Shown here in pieces: positions 51,376-63,540 of a stretch of 64,000 bases of DNA. Each line of letters opens with the position of its first letter. Position 1 is the first letter of the stretch. Made by a program: the position numbers and the translations under genes. The notes under the pieces were generated by a model. That model did not search any database and was not told where the DNA came from. It saw only the letters and a list, made by a program, of their open reading frames with translations. Origin of the DNA: Ginglymostoma cirratum (taxonomy: Eukaryota); NCBI GenBank assembly GCA_024137785.1, contig JAHRHZ010000026.1:1047126-1111125 (forward strand), written 5' to 3'.

Positions 51376-52759
51376 AAGAAGTGAATCAATTACTTACTTG
51401 TTGCTAGCCGCAAGTTCATTCACACACAGCTTCAAATTGTCTGTAGTAATCTCCCTCACTGCTTCAATGAACAGCAGTTTAAACAGCGCTTATGTAAATG
51501 TTGGTAGCTTGCTTTTAAAAAGAGCGGCAACCCCTTCCACAATCTTTGATTTTTAAAACCGTCTTTTTCCCACTTCAGTCCGCAATCAAAAATGTACAAA
51601 AACTTCTTTAAAAACTTAAAGGTACAGTCTTTACACATACTTCAAGTGTTTTTTTAAAATGATTCTTCTATTGCACAAGCTGAAGAACCAGTCCAAGAGA
51701 ATATTGACGTGGAGCAATTCACTTCATTGATTTAATTTCAGAATTTGCAGCAAGTGAAAGAAACATCATAAAAACGTCAACTTGTGGCAATTTTACTTGC
51801 TGACAAGAGTTTACCTGTAAAGTATTTGGCTCAAATAAAAATCTGTTAAGCTTCATATTTATTTTGAGTTGCCTTTTAATTATTACTGTATTGACGTTCT
51901 ATGTGGTGTGTGCTGCTCTAGTTGGATGTATTTATGAGGCCAGTCTGACCTAATAGGTTACATTTTAGTGGATCTTCTGGGCCTGAGCAACTTCTGTCTT
52001 AAATACATATTGAATACTGTCAGAACATCCAGAGATTGAAGGCCAAGAAATTTAGGCGGTAAAGGTTCTACTGGGAAATGTGAGTTTATGACTCTCCTTC
52101 GTTAAGAAGTTTAGACTGCAGTTTGCAAGACAGCTGTGTGTAAAACCTACTGTCAATCTCCGGTATCCTTCAAGGCAAAGATCATTTTTTTATGAGGGTA
52201 ATGTATTAACAGCAGTTGAGCATATCAGATGAGGTGACAATTTTGACCTAATGCAATAAATTTTATAGCACTTTACTGCCCTTTGACATTGCAGTACCTA
52301 TACTTATGGTTAGCTGAAAAGCTTATTGAGGAGCAACACTGCTTCAGAGCCAGAGGTTGCATTAAAACAAATGCTTTTCCCCTGGCTGCAAGATCAAGGC
52401 ATGTTGATTAGACCATAAGATGTAGGAGCAGAATGGCAATTCAGCCCATCGAGTCTGCTCCTGATAACCTTTCATTCCATTCTCTTGTATTTCCCCATAA
52501 CTCCTGATAAGACTATAACTTGCAGCCTCATGATTGGGTGGGGTGTGGGTGGGGTCAGAGTTTTACTCCTGACATCAGGAGAAATTTCCTGTTGGAGGAA
52601 GTTTTGACTGTCTTGGAATTCTCCATCCATAGGGCTGATGATGCTCAATAATATATTGAGTATATTAGAACGAAGGCTGATAGATCTTAGAGCACTAAAA
52701 AAATTCAAGGAACGTGATGCTGGAGCAGGAAAGTGCAAATGAAATTGAAGTCTGAATTT

Positions 52760-53110
52760 TATTTATGCTTTCAAATGATGTGGGCATCACAGGCAAGACC
52801 AGCATTTGTTGCTCATTCCTAAATACCATTCAACTAAGAGGCTTGATCAGCCATTTCTGAGAGCAGTTAAGAGTCTTTCAAATTGCTGTGGATTTGGCGT
52901 CAGATGTAGGCTTCCTTACCTTAAGGACACCAGAATCTAATTTTCCTTTTAAAGAAAATTGATTATAGTTTCATGGTTATCCTCTCTGAGACTGATTTCA
53001 TATTCCAGATTTATTTATTGAATTAAAATTTCACCAGCTGCCATGTTAGGATTCAAATGCACATCTCTGGAGCACTAGCCTGCTTCTACTGGAGTAATAT
53101 ATCAGTGATA
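52760..53110 (-). mobile_element. tRNA-derived SINE (dominant family, decayed)
   Basis: Family similarity. Confidence 0.65.
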
Positions 53111-53306
53111 TTAACCAATGCCAATATCTACCTTTCACTGAAAGACAATGCAGATAGAGAAAACGTTTGGCCTCAATTTTGTTTCTTCTTAAGAAGCCCA
53201 TTGAGCCATAATAACACATCTTCTGTTGTAAGACAGTGTAAAGGTGTGTCTGTTGTACACATGAAGTATGAAGCTACTTATGCAGCATCATAGATTTAGG
53301 CAACTG

Positions 53307-54337
53307 TGGATCTTTTGTACGACATAGTTTTGTACTTACTCTCCATCCTCTATGAAATGAATTACGTTAGCTGCTGGAATCTGATATCTGTTCCCTAGGG
53401 AGGATCCCCTGAACGGGGGAAGGAGGAAGCTGTTCTGATGAGAGAGCTGCAGCCAAATCATTCTGGGACAAGAGCCCTGGAGAACCACATAACTAGGGCT
53501 GTGGATATGGCTTAAACTAAATAGTCAGGGTTCTGTTGCATGGAAAATTGTGTGAAATTGTAAAGGTGGGGAGAACTCAGCAGAGGTTATTAAAATTTCC
53601 AGAACAAGAAGTAAGACAGAGAAATGCAAAATGATCAGGAATCTAACTTCAGGCACAGCAGATAAGGTGACAATTATGACAAGGGCATAGTCAACCAGAA
53701 CTAAGGGTGTTGTAATTATATTCACGCAGTATACGAAACAAGCTAAATGAGTTTATAGCACAGATTGAAACGGTTGGGTACGATGTTGTGGCTGCAAGGG
53801 GATCAGGGCTGGGAACCAAATATCCAAGGATACACGTCCTATCGAAAGGACAGGCTGAAGGGCAGAGAGGGTGGGGTTGTCTTGTTGTAAGAAATGAAGT
53901 TAAATCAAAAGTGAGAAGTGAGATAGAGTCGAAAAGCGTAGAATCTATGTGGGTAGAGTTGAGGCACTGCAAAGGAAAGAAAAGCCCTGTTAGAGGTTAT
54001 GTACAAGCTCCCCAGTGGTAGTCAGGATGTGGGGAAGCAAATAAATCAGGAGATAGAAAAGGTTTGTAAGAAATTACAATAATCATGGGGGACTTCAACA
54101 TGCAGGTGGACTGGGAAAATCAAGCTGGTAGCTGATCTCAAGAAAAGGAATTTGTGGAATGTCTATGAGGTATTTTTTTGGATGCGGCTTGTAGTAGAGC
54201 CCATGGATCTTTTGTAGGACATAGTTTTGTACTTACTCTCCATCCTCTATGAAATCAATTGCATTAACTGCTGGACTCTGTCATCTGTTCCCTGGGAAGA
54301 GTCCCCTGAACCAGGGAAGAAGAGGGCTGTTCTGATG
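53307..54337 (+). repeat. Dispersed 134-bp direct repeat (53307-53440 and 54204-54337)
   Basis: Both copies run from TGGATCTTTTGTA to GCTGTTCTGATG and are colinear without indels. Confidence 0.85.
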
Positions 54338-56857
54338 GGAGGAAAAACATGTAATTCTGGATTTGATGATGTGAAATGAGGGAGCTTAAAGTGAAGGAAC
54401 TCCTAGGGGTCAATGACCATAATATGATAGAATTCAGCTTGAAGTTTGAGAGAGAGAGGCTGGAATCAGATATAACAGTATTACAATTGAGTAAAGGTTA
54501 CGACAAAGACTTGAGAGAGGAACTGGCCAGAGTTGACTGGAAAGGGAAAACAGTGGAGCAGCAATGGCAGGAATTTCTGGTGGTAACTCAGGAGGAACAG
54601 CAGAAATTCATCCCAAGGGAAAAACATACTAAGGGGAGGATGAGGCAACCATGGCTGACAATAGGAAGCAGGCACTGCGTAAAAACGAAAGAAATAATAT
54701 ACAATGTGGTGAAGGTTAATGAGAAGCCGGAAGATCGGGAAACCTTTAAAAACCAGCAGAGCACAACAAAAAAAAAAGCAATAAGAGGGGAGGAGATGAA
54801 ATATGAGAAGAAAGCTAGCTAGTAATATAAAAGAAGATTGCTATAATTTTTTTAGATATCAAAAAGTTAAGAGAGAGGCAAGAGAGTGCATTGGAAAGCT
54901 GGAAAATGAAGCTAGAGAAGTAGGAATGGGGAACAAAGAAATGGCAGAGAAACAGAATAGGTTCTTTGTATCAGTTTTTACGGTGGGAGATACCAGCAAC
55001 ATACCAGAAATTCAAGTTAATGTATTCACTATTGTTAAGGAGAGGGTGCTGGGAAGCTAAGGTCTGAAGGTGGATAAACCATCTGGACCAGATGGATTAC
55101 ACCCCAGAGTTCTGAAGGACACAGTTGAGGAGATTGTAGATGCATTAATGGTCATCCTTCAGGAATCCCTAGAGATGGGGAGAGACCCAGAGGACTGGAA
55201 AATTGCAAATGTAACATACTTGTTTCAGAAGGGAGGGAGGTCGAAGACAGGAAACTATAGGTCGAAAAGATTTTAGAGTCCATTATTAAGGATGAGATTG
55301 CAGAGTACTTGGCAGTGCATGGTAAAATAGGACTGAGTCAGCGCAGCTTCATCAAGGGGAAGTCATGTCCAACAAATCTGGTAGAATTCTTTGAGGAGGT
55401 AACATGCAAGTTACCTTTGAGGAGATAACATTTCTGCCTTTTGAAAGGGTCACTGACCCAAAACGTCAACTCTGTTTTTTCCTTCACAGATGCTGCCAGA
55501 CCTGCTGAGCTTTTCCAGCAACTTTGTTTTTGTTGCAAAGGAATGATCTATTTGAATTTTCAGGAGCACTTTGACAGGGTGTTGCACAGGAGGCTGCTAA
55601 ATAAAACAAGAGCCCTTGGTGTTAGGGGCAAGGATAGAGGATTGGCTGACTGGCAGAAGGCAGACAGTGGGGGTAAAGGGTTCTTTTTCAGGATGGCACC
55701 TGGTGACACTGGGGTCAGTGTTGGGACCACAAATATTCACGTTATACATTAACAATCTGAACCAGGAACTGTGGACATTGTTGTAAACTTTGCAGATGGC
55801 ACAGGTCATGTTGAGGGAGTGGAGAGATGGTAGAAGGATGTGAACAGGCTTGGACAGTGGGCAAAGAGATGGCAGATGGCAATGAGAGATAGCAATGTGA
55901 GAAAGTGCGTAGTTATGCATTTTGGTAGAAAGAGGAGAGATATTGACTATTTTCTAAATGGGGAAAGGTTTCAGAAATCTGAAGCATAGGAGTCCTAGTT
56001 TGGGATCCTACTAAGGTTAAGGCAGGTTCACTTGGTGGTTTGGAAGGCAAACGCAATGTTCGCATTCATTTCAAGAGAGCTCGAATACAAGAGCAGAGAT
56101 GTACCGTTGAGGCTGTATAAGGCTCTGATCAGACCACATTTGGAATATTGTAAGCAGTTTTGGGCCTCATGTCTAAGGAAGAATGTGCTGGCATTGGAGG
56201 GGGTCCAGAAGAATCATGGAGTCATACAGCACGGAAACAGACCCTTCGGTCTAACTTGTCCATGCCAACCAGATATCCTATTTGAACCCAGTCCCACATG
56301 CCAGCTTTTGGCCCACATCTCCCTAAACCCTTCTGATTCGTATAACCATGCAGGTGCCTTTTAAATGTTGTAGTTGTATCAGCCTCCACCACCTTCTCTG
56401 GCAGCTTGTCCCATATACGCACCACCCTCTGCATGAAAAAGTTATCTTCAGTTCTTTTTAAAATCTTTTCCCTCTCATCTTTAACCTATGCCCTCTAGTT
56501 CTGGACCACTTCACCTGAGGAAAAAGAACTTAGTTATTCACCCTATCTATGCCCCTCTTAGTTTTATAAGCCTCTATAAGGTCACCCCTCAGCCTGTAAC
56601 ACTCCAATGAAAATAGCCCCAGCCTATTCAGCCTTCCCATATACCTCAAACCCTCCAGTCTCAGCAACATCCATCTAAATCTTTTTTGCACGCTCTCAGT
56701 TTAACAACATCTTTCTTTTAGAAGAGCAACCAGAATTGTACACCGTATTCTAACAGAGGCCTCACCAAAGTCCTTTACAGCTGCAACATAGTGTCCCAAC
56801 TCCTATACTCAATGCTCTGACCAATGAAGGCAAGCGTACCAAACGCCTTCTTCATCA

Positions 56858-56970
56858 GGAACAAAAACAAAGTTGCTGGAAAAGCTCAGCACGTCTGGCA
56901 GCATCTGTGGAGGAGAAAACAAAGTTAACGTTTCGGGTCTAGTGACCCTTCCTCAGACCCTTCCTCAGAA
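56858..56970 (-). mobile_element. Penelope-derived mini-element nested in a CR1
   Basis: 12-bp TSD CCTTCTTCATCA (56846-56857 and 56971-56982); intact hammerhead-like core. Confidence 0.8.
56927..56956 (-). ncRNA. Minimal type I hammerhead ribozyme-like motif (second family)
   Basis: CUGAGGA-A-GGGUC/ACUA/GACCC-GAAA-CG-UU: perfect 5-bp stem II and an ACGU palindrome. Confidence 0.6.
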
Positions 56971-58169
56971 CCTTCTTCATCACCCTATCTACCTGTGACT
57001 CCACTTTCAAAGAACAATGCAACTTCATCCCTAGATCTCTTTGTTCAGCAACACTCCCCAGTGTTCTACCATTAACTGTCAAAGTCCTGCCCTGGTCTGC
57101 TTTACCAAAATGCAACACTTCAAATGTATCTAAATTAAACTGCTACACCTTTGCCCTTTGGCCCATCTGATCTAGGTCTGAGATAACCTTCTTCACTGTC
57201 ACTACGCCACAAATTTGGTGTCATTTGCAAACTTACTAACCATACCTCCTACATTCACATCCAAATAATTTGTATAAATGACAAAAAGCAGTGGGCCAGC
57301 ACCGAAACTTGTGATAAACCACTGGTCAGAGGCCTCCAGTCCGAAAAGCAACCCTTTATCACCACTCTCTATTTTTGATCCCAGGGATGAAGGGCTTATC
57401 GTATGAGGAGCAGTTGAAGACTCTGGGTCTGTATTTGATGGAGATTAGAAGGATGAGGGAGGATCTAATTGAAACTTGCAGAATACTGAGAGGCCTGGAT
57501 AGAGTGGACATGGAGAAGATGTTTCCAACAGTAAGAGAGACTACGATCCATGGGCACAGCCTCAGAGTGAAGGGATGACCCTTTAGAACTAAAATGAAGA
57601 GGAATTTCTTCAGCCAGATGGTGGTGAATCTATGGAACTCATTGCTGCAAAAGGCTTGGAGGCCAAGTTATTGAGTGTGTTTAAGACAGAGATAGATAAG
57701 TTGTCAAAAACAAATGGAAAGAACCGCGGGCGCTGTAAATCAGAAACAAAAACAGAAATTACTGGAAAAGGTCAGCAGGTCTGTCAGTATCAGAACAGTC
57801 CTGAAGAAGGGTCATTCGACGCAAAACATTAACTCTGATTTCTCTCCACAGATGCTGCCACAGATAGGTTCTTAATTGGTAAGGGAATCAAGAGTCATGG
57901 GGAGAAGGCAGGAGAATGAGATTGAGAAACATATCAAACATATGGCAGAGCAGACTTGATGGCCAGAATGGCCTAATTCTGCTTCTAAACCTAATGGTCT
58001 TATAGTCCATCATGGTTGTAACTGATATTTAGAATTTGGATTATCAATGCTGTCAATTACACACAGTTCTCACTGTTTATCAATTCATAAAGAAAGACAA
58101 AGGAGTTGATGATTCAATTTGTTGTTGATGATAAGCCTAACTCCAAAGAATATATTTTATGGATTTAAA

Positions 58170-58900
58170 AACCATAAGATGTCAAAGCAGAAGAGGGCCA
58201 TTTAGCCTATGGAGTCTGCTTAGCCATTCAATTAGGTCATGGCTGATCTGATCATCCTCAATTCAACTTTCCTGCCTTTTCCCCATAACCCTTCATTCCC
58301 TTACTGATTAAAAATCTGTCCATCTCAGCATACTAAACAACCCAGCTGTCAATAGTCCTCTGCAGTAAAGAATTCCACAGATTAACTCCACAGATTAAGA
58401 AATTCTTCCTCATCTCTGCCTTAAATGTGTGACCCCTTATACTGAGACTAGGTTGTCTAGTCCTCAACTCTTCCACAAGGGGAAACTCCTCTCCACACCC
58501 ATCAAGTCCCCTCAGAATCCTGTGTATTCAATAAGACCGCTTCTTATTCTGCTAAATTCCAATGATTACAGGCCCAACCTATGGACTGGTTGGACCGAAG
58601 GTTCTGTTTCCACGCTGTATGACTCTGTCACTATATACAACGTTTAAAAGGCATTTAGACAAGGTCATATAACAAGAAATGTTTGGAGGGACATGGTCAA
58701 GCGCAGGCAGGTGGGACTAGTTTAGTTTAGGATTGTGGCCAGCATGGACTTGTTGGACTGAAGGGTCTATTTCTTTGTTGTATGACTCTATGACTCTACG
58801 CTCAACCTCTCCTAATCAGAAAGTTCCTCTGCACCTGGTCTCATCCCAGTGAGCCATTCTCTGGACTGCCTCCAATGCCAGTATATCTTTCCTTAGATCA
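58170..58900 (-). mobile_element. CR1 3' portion with nested plus-strand CR1 tails (~58582-58800)
   Basis: Reverse-complement CR1 sequence resumes after the insert. Confidence 0.75.
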
Positions 58901-59509
58901 GTTCGGCTATCTGATATTTGACTTCTACCAACATTCAGAACTACAGTTGTATCAATGGTTTCAGTTTCTTAATGCAATACCCGTTTCTTTTTTCTTAAGA
59001 ATTCATTGAAATCTCCTGAGCATTATTTTTCTGACCATTAATATTGCCATATAACCAGGCACTATGATACCTGTAAAAATAATTGGAAAAAAGTGTAGTG
59101 TGAAAGTTACAAAGAATGACAATTGTGTAGACTTTATCTGTGAGCAATGTTGAAACAAGTAGCTCTGGATTAAAAGTGAATCATGAGAAGCTAGGATTTC
59201 TGACCATTGACCCTGAATTAGCAGGAAATCTATAATTAATTGACTGTGAAAGCTGTGTAGAGTGATAGAAGAAATGGCCAGGATAAATCCCTTGCGTTCA
59301 ATATCCAAGGAACAATATGATTACTGCACACAGCATCATATTGAACCTCAAATGGATGGAGTTATAGGCACAATAATAAATACAGTCATCTAGACTTGAA
59401 ACATTAATTTGCTCTCTCTCCACAGATGCTGGCTGATCTGTTGTGATTTCCAGCATTTTTTGTTTTCAGCACAGATTCCAGCATCTGCAGTAATTTGCTC
59501 CTCCAGAGA

Positions 59510-60289
59510 TGAAGGGTTTGTCCTGTGAAAGTGATTGAGCAGATACTCTCTGGAGGTTAGAAGAATGAGAGAAGATCTAATTGAGGTGTATAAAATGCTA
59601 AAGGAGATTGGCAAAGTGGACGTAGAAAGGACGTTTCATCATGTGGGGCAATCCTGAATGAAAGGTAATGGTTTTAGGATAAGGAATGGCAGGTTTAAAA
59701 CCGAGATGAGGTGAAGTTACTTCTCCCAAGGAGTTGTGAATCTGTAGAATTCACTACGCCAGAGTACAGTGGGTTCTGGGACATTGAATAAATTTAAGGA
59801 GGAAATCGACAGGTTTTTAGTTAGTTATGGGCAGGAAAGTGGAGTTGAGGCCAAGATGAGATCAGTCATGATCACATTAAATCACAGAGCAGGCTCAAGA
59901 GGCTAAATTGATTAATCCTGCTCCTTGCTTTTTTTCTTTATTCATTCACAGGAGGAGGGCGTTGCTGGCTAAGCAGCATTTATTGCCCATCCCTAATTGC
60001 CCAGAGGAGAGTTAAGAGTCAACCACATTGCTGTGGGTCTGGAATCACATGTAGGCCAGACCAGGTAAGGATGGCAGTTTCCTTCCCTAAAGGACATTAG
60101 TGAACCAGATGGGTTTCCCGACAATCAACAATAGATTGACAAAGACCATTAGATTCTTAAATCCAGATATTTTCATTGAATTTAAATTCCACCATCTGCT
60201 GTGGCGGGATTCGAACCCGGGTTCCCAGAACATTATCTGGTTCTCTGGGTTAACAGTTCAGCAGTAACACCACTAGCCCATCATCTCCC
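59510..60289. mobile_element. CR1 3' end (+, ~59510-59930) followed by a full-length dominant-family SINE (-, ~59935-60289)
   Basis: RMREDLIEVYKMLKEI remnant; SINE head with B box GGTTCGAATCC. Confidence 0.85.
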
Positions 60290-60512
60290 TGTTCTCACGT
60301 ACTTCATATTCTATGTCTCAGCATCAGCAGAGCTTTGTAGTCAGGTCTCAACTTTCATTTAATTTTATTATTGTTAAAACGTGTACTTTTATTCAAAAGC
60401 TATTGTATGTTTACATTACATCTCTAAGCGCAGAGAGAATGCTGTACCATGATCGATGACCTGAATATCAAAGGAGGTTGTTGCTAATGTCCCTGACTAC
60501 CTACGTAATCAG

Positions 60513-60863
60513 AGATAACAAGGTGTAAGCCTTCCTGCTCCTCTGATGCTGCTTGGCCTGCTGTGTTCATCCAGCTCTACACCTCGTTAACAAGCATGGG
60601 GCTGGATGAACACAGCAGGTCAAGCAGCATCATAGGAGCAGGAAAACTTGATGTTTCGGGCCTAGACCCTTCATCAGAAATGCCATTTATGATGAAGGGT
60701 CTAGGCCCGAAACATCAGGTTTTCCTGCTCCTATGATGCTGCTTGACCTGCTGTGTTCATCCAGCCCCATGCTTGTTATCTCGGATTCTCCAGCATCTGC
60801 AGTACCTTTTATCTCTCTACATCTTGTTATCTCAGATTCTCCAGCATCTGCAGTTCCTACTAG
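60513..60863. mobile_element. Nested pair of Penelope-derived mini-elements; the inner one is a 191-bp palindrome
   Basis: Outer TSD CTA(C/T)GTAATCAG (60501-60512 and 60864-60875); inner TSD 60575-60589 and 60815-60829; arms 60588-60676 and 60690-60778 with 1 mismatch. Confidence 0.8.
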
Positions 60864-61134
60864 CTATGTAATCAGCATTATTATGGATTCAAGTTATGTA
60901 ATCATCTGTAATTGATAAGCAGACTTAATTTTGGCAACCCTGGCACGGAATTTTAATATTCCATATCATTTCCTATTTGCTCATGTTGAGTGCCATTCTC
61001 AATCCCACGTATATCTTAATATCCATATCTTCTTCATTAACCTGTTCAGATACATTATGATCACCTCTGGAACAGGTCGGACTTGATCCCAGGTTTTCCT
61101 GGCTCAGAGATAGGGACAGTACGACTGCATGTCA

Positions 61135-61400
61135 AGAACCTAAAAGGGGCCTTAGGGACAACCGTTTCACACAGAGGGTGGTGCGTGTATGGAATGAACT
61201 CCCAGGGGAAGTGGTGGAGGCTGGTAAAATTACAACATTTAAATGGCATCTGGATGGGTACATGATAGGAAGGGTTTGGATGGTTATGGGCCAAATGCTG
61301 GCAAATGGGACTAGATTAATTTAGGGTATCTGGTTGGAATTGACAAGTTGGACTGAAGGGTCTGATTCCGTGCTGTACCTCTCTATGAATATGTGACTGT
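61135..61400 (+). mobile_element. CR1 3' end
   Basis: Same family as 1-310. Confidence 0.85.
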
Positions 61401-61864
61401 ATAACCCTACCGCTCATACGTAATTCATATCCCAGACTCAAGCACACCTCCGTTAATTTTACAAAAGATTAGCAGTTGCTCTCCAGTGAATAAATTAGAC
61501 AGTAGTATTTCAAGTTCGGAGCTTTAAGCAATGTTGTGGGTTGAAGAGTTGGAAAAGTTTCAATGACATTCAGTTTTTGGGAACAGTGGGAGTCAGTTTG
61601 CTCCCAGGCCCTAGCTGTAGCCTCAGTGCTGGGCTATGTTTTAAAACAAATGTATCTGTCATGGACATAATTAGGTGGTTCAGTATGATTCAGTCTGAAA
61701 GTATGCCCCGTCAGATGACATTTCAGTGGAGCCAGTCTGCCCTGTCTGGGGAAACAACAGCAATTGCTGGATTATTGTCACATGCTGATCCTCCCACTGT
61801 GATACAATGCTACAAACTATCCTCTTGAAAAAGTTTATTTTGTTTAAAAGTTGAATAAAAAGAT

Positions 61865-62215
61865 TTAGCATTTATGTAAAAACCTCGTAGATCCACAAGA
61901 AGCCCCCCGAGGGCTTTACAGACAATGACATACTTTTGAAGCATCAAAATGTCGAAAACGAGGCAGCAAATTTGCGCACAGTAAGATCCCACAAGTGACA
62001 ACGTGATAATGACCAGATCATCTGGTTTTAGTGGTGTTAGCCGAGAAATATGTTTTCTCTGGGGCACAGGGAATTAACTCGTCTGCTTTTCTTTGAAATA
62101 GTGCCTTTGGATTTTCCTCGCTTACCCGAGAGTGCAAATAGTCTATGATATAATGTCTATCAGATAGTTGGTCCCTCTGACAGAGCAGCATTCCTTCATC
62201 ACTGCACTGGTGTGC
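61865..62215 (-). mobile_element. Deu-domain SINE (decayed)
   Basis: Reverse complement of the 13010 and 48575 core. Confidence 0.6.
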
Positions 62216-62414
62216 CCAGCAAAATAGATAAGACAGTGCCAGCAGTGGCCATCAGAAACCAGCAACAAACAGACACATGAATAGGTAAATAGAGAAGGCA
62301 TAGGACAAAATAAATCAAATTTTAGAATGACAATAATATTGTCGTTCAAATGTTCCTGGACGGGATTTTTGAAAGAATATCCAATCAGTATTTTACTCAT
62401 TTTCTTTAACAGAA

Positions 62415-63540
62415 TCACCAAATCGTTATGGCACAGCAGGAGGCTATTCAGCCCATTGTGCTTGTACCAGCTCTTCAAATGAGCATCATCACTTAGTGCC
62501 AATCTCCATAAGACCACAAGAAATAAGAGCAGAATTAGGCCATTTGGTCCACTCAATCATTTGTCACCCCATTATCCATGTAGCCTTTGATCCCCTTACT
62601 AATCAAGAGCCTATCTATTGCCATCTTAAAGCACTCAAGTGTCTTGGCCTCCACTTCTGCCTGTGGCAATGAGTTCCACGGACAACCACCCTCCAGCTGA
62701 AGAAATTCCTCTTCACCTAAGTTCTAAAGTGTTGTCCCTTTACTCAGAGGTTGTGCACTTGGGTCCTAGTCTCTCCTACTAGTGGAAACATCTTCTCCAT
62801 GTCCACTCTATGCACGCCTCTCAATAGTTTGTAAGTTGCAATTAGAACACCTCTCATCCTTCTAAACTCCATCTAGTACAGACCCAGAGTCCTCAACTGC
62901 TCCTCAAATGACAAGCCCTTCATCCCTGGGATCATTCCCGTGAACCTCCTCTGGACCCCCTCCAAGGCCAGCACATCCTTCCTTAGATATGGGGACTAAA
63001 ACCACTCACAATATTCCAAATGTTGTCTGACCAGACCCTTATAGAGCCTCCACAGTAGATCTCTATTCTTGAATTCTAGCCCTCTTAAAATGAAAGCTAA
63101 CATGACATTTACTTTCCTAACTGCCAACTGAACCTATGTGTTAACCTTGAGAGTATCATGAACTAGAACTTCAAGTCCCTTTGTGATTCAGATTTCCGAA
63201 ATTTTTCCCTATTTAGAAATTAGTGTCTGGCCTCTATTCTTCTTCCCAAAGTACATAACTCACACTCTCTCACATTTTGTTTCACCTGTCATTCCTTTGA
63301 CCACTCTTAGCCTATCTCAGTCATCTACAACTCCCTGTTTCCTCAACACTACCTGTTCCTCAACCTAACTTTGTGTCATCTGCAGACTTAGTGACAATGC
63401 CCTCAGTTCCTTTGTCCAGATCATTAATGTATAACATGAATAGTTGTGGTCACTGTGCTGACCCCTATGGAACTTCACTAGTTACTGGCTGCTATCCTGA
63501 AAATCCCTTTTCCCATACCCTTGCATAGCTTTTCTATGTA
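62415..63540 (-). mobile_element. CR1 RT C-terminal ~1 kb, decayed
   Basis: Reverse complement encodes SADDTKL and LVRQHLEYCEWF-like motifs. Confidence 0.85.

Larger units (their letters stand above)
56212..57375 (-). mobile_element. CR1 3' portion (~1.1 kb) inserted antisense into the long CR1
   Basis: Reverse complement of a CR1 RT C-terminus and tail (QRVVRIWDKLPEKVVEA); the host CR1 resumes at ~57376. Confidence 0.85.
53460..58005 (+). mobile_element. Long decayed CR1 LINE (probable ORF1 tail plus ORF2 endonuclease/RT to the 3' tail) with nested insertions
   Basis: ORF fragments VESMWVEL, IIMGDFN, LGVNDHNMIEF, KPSGPDGLHPRVLK, DWKIANVT, LYKALIRPHLEYC and RGLDRVD..MFP..GHSL are typical of CR1 ORF2; many stops and frameshifts. 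Confidence 0.9.

Noticed and set aside
50575-51640. Possible solo LTR (also 63613-64000)
   Set aside because: LTR-like composition only; no second copy, TSD, PBS or PPT could be verified.
54376-56364. ORFs of 68-148 aa as host genes
   Set aside because: They are frameshifted fragments of CR1 ORF2.
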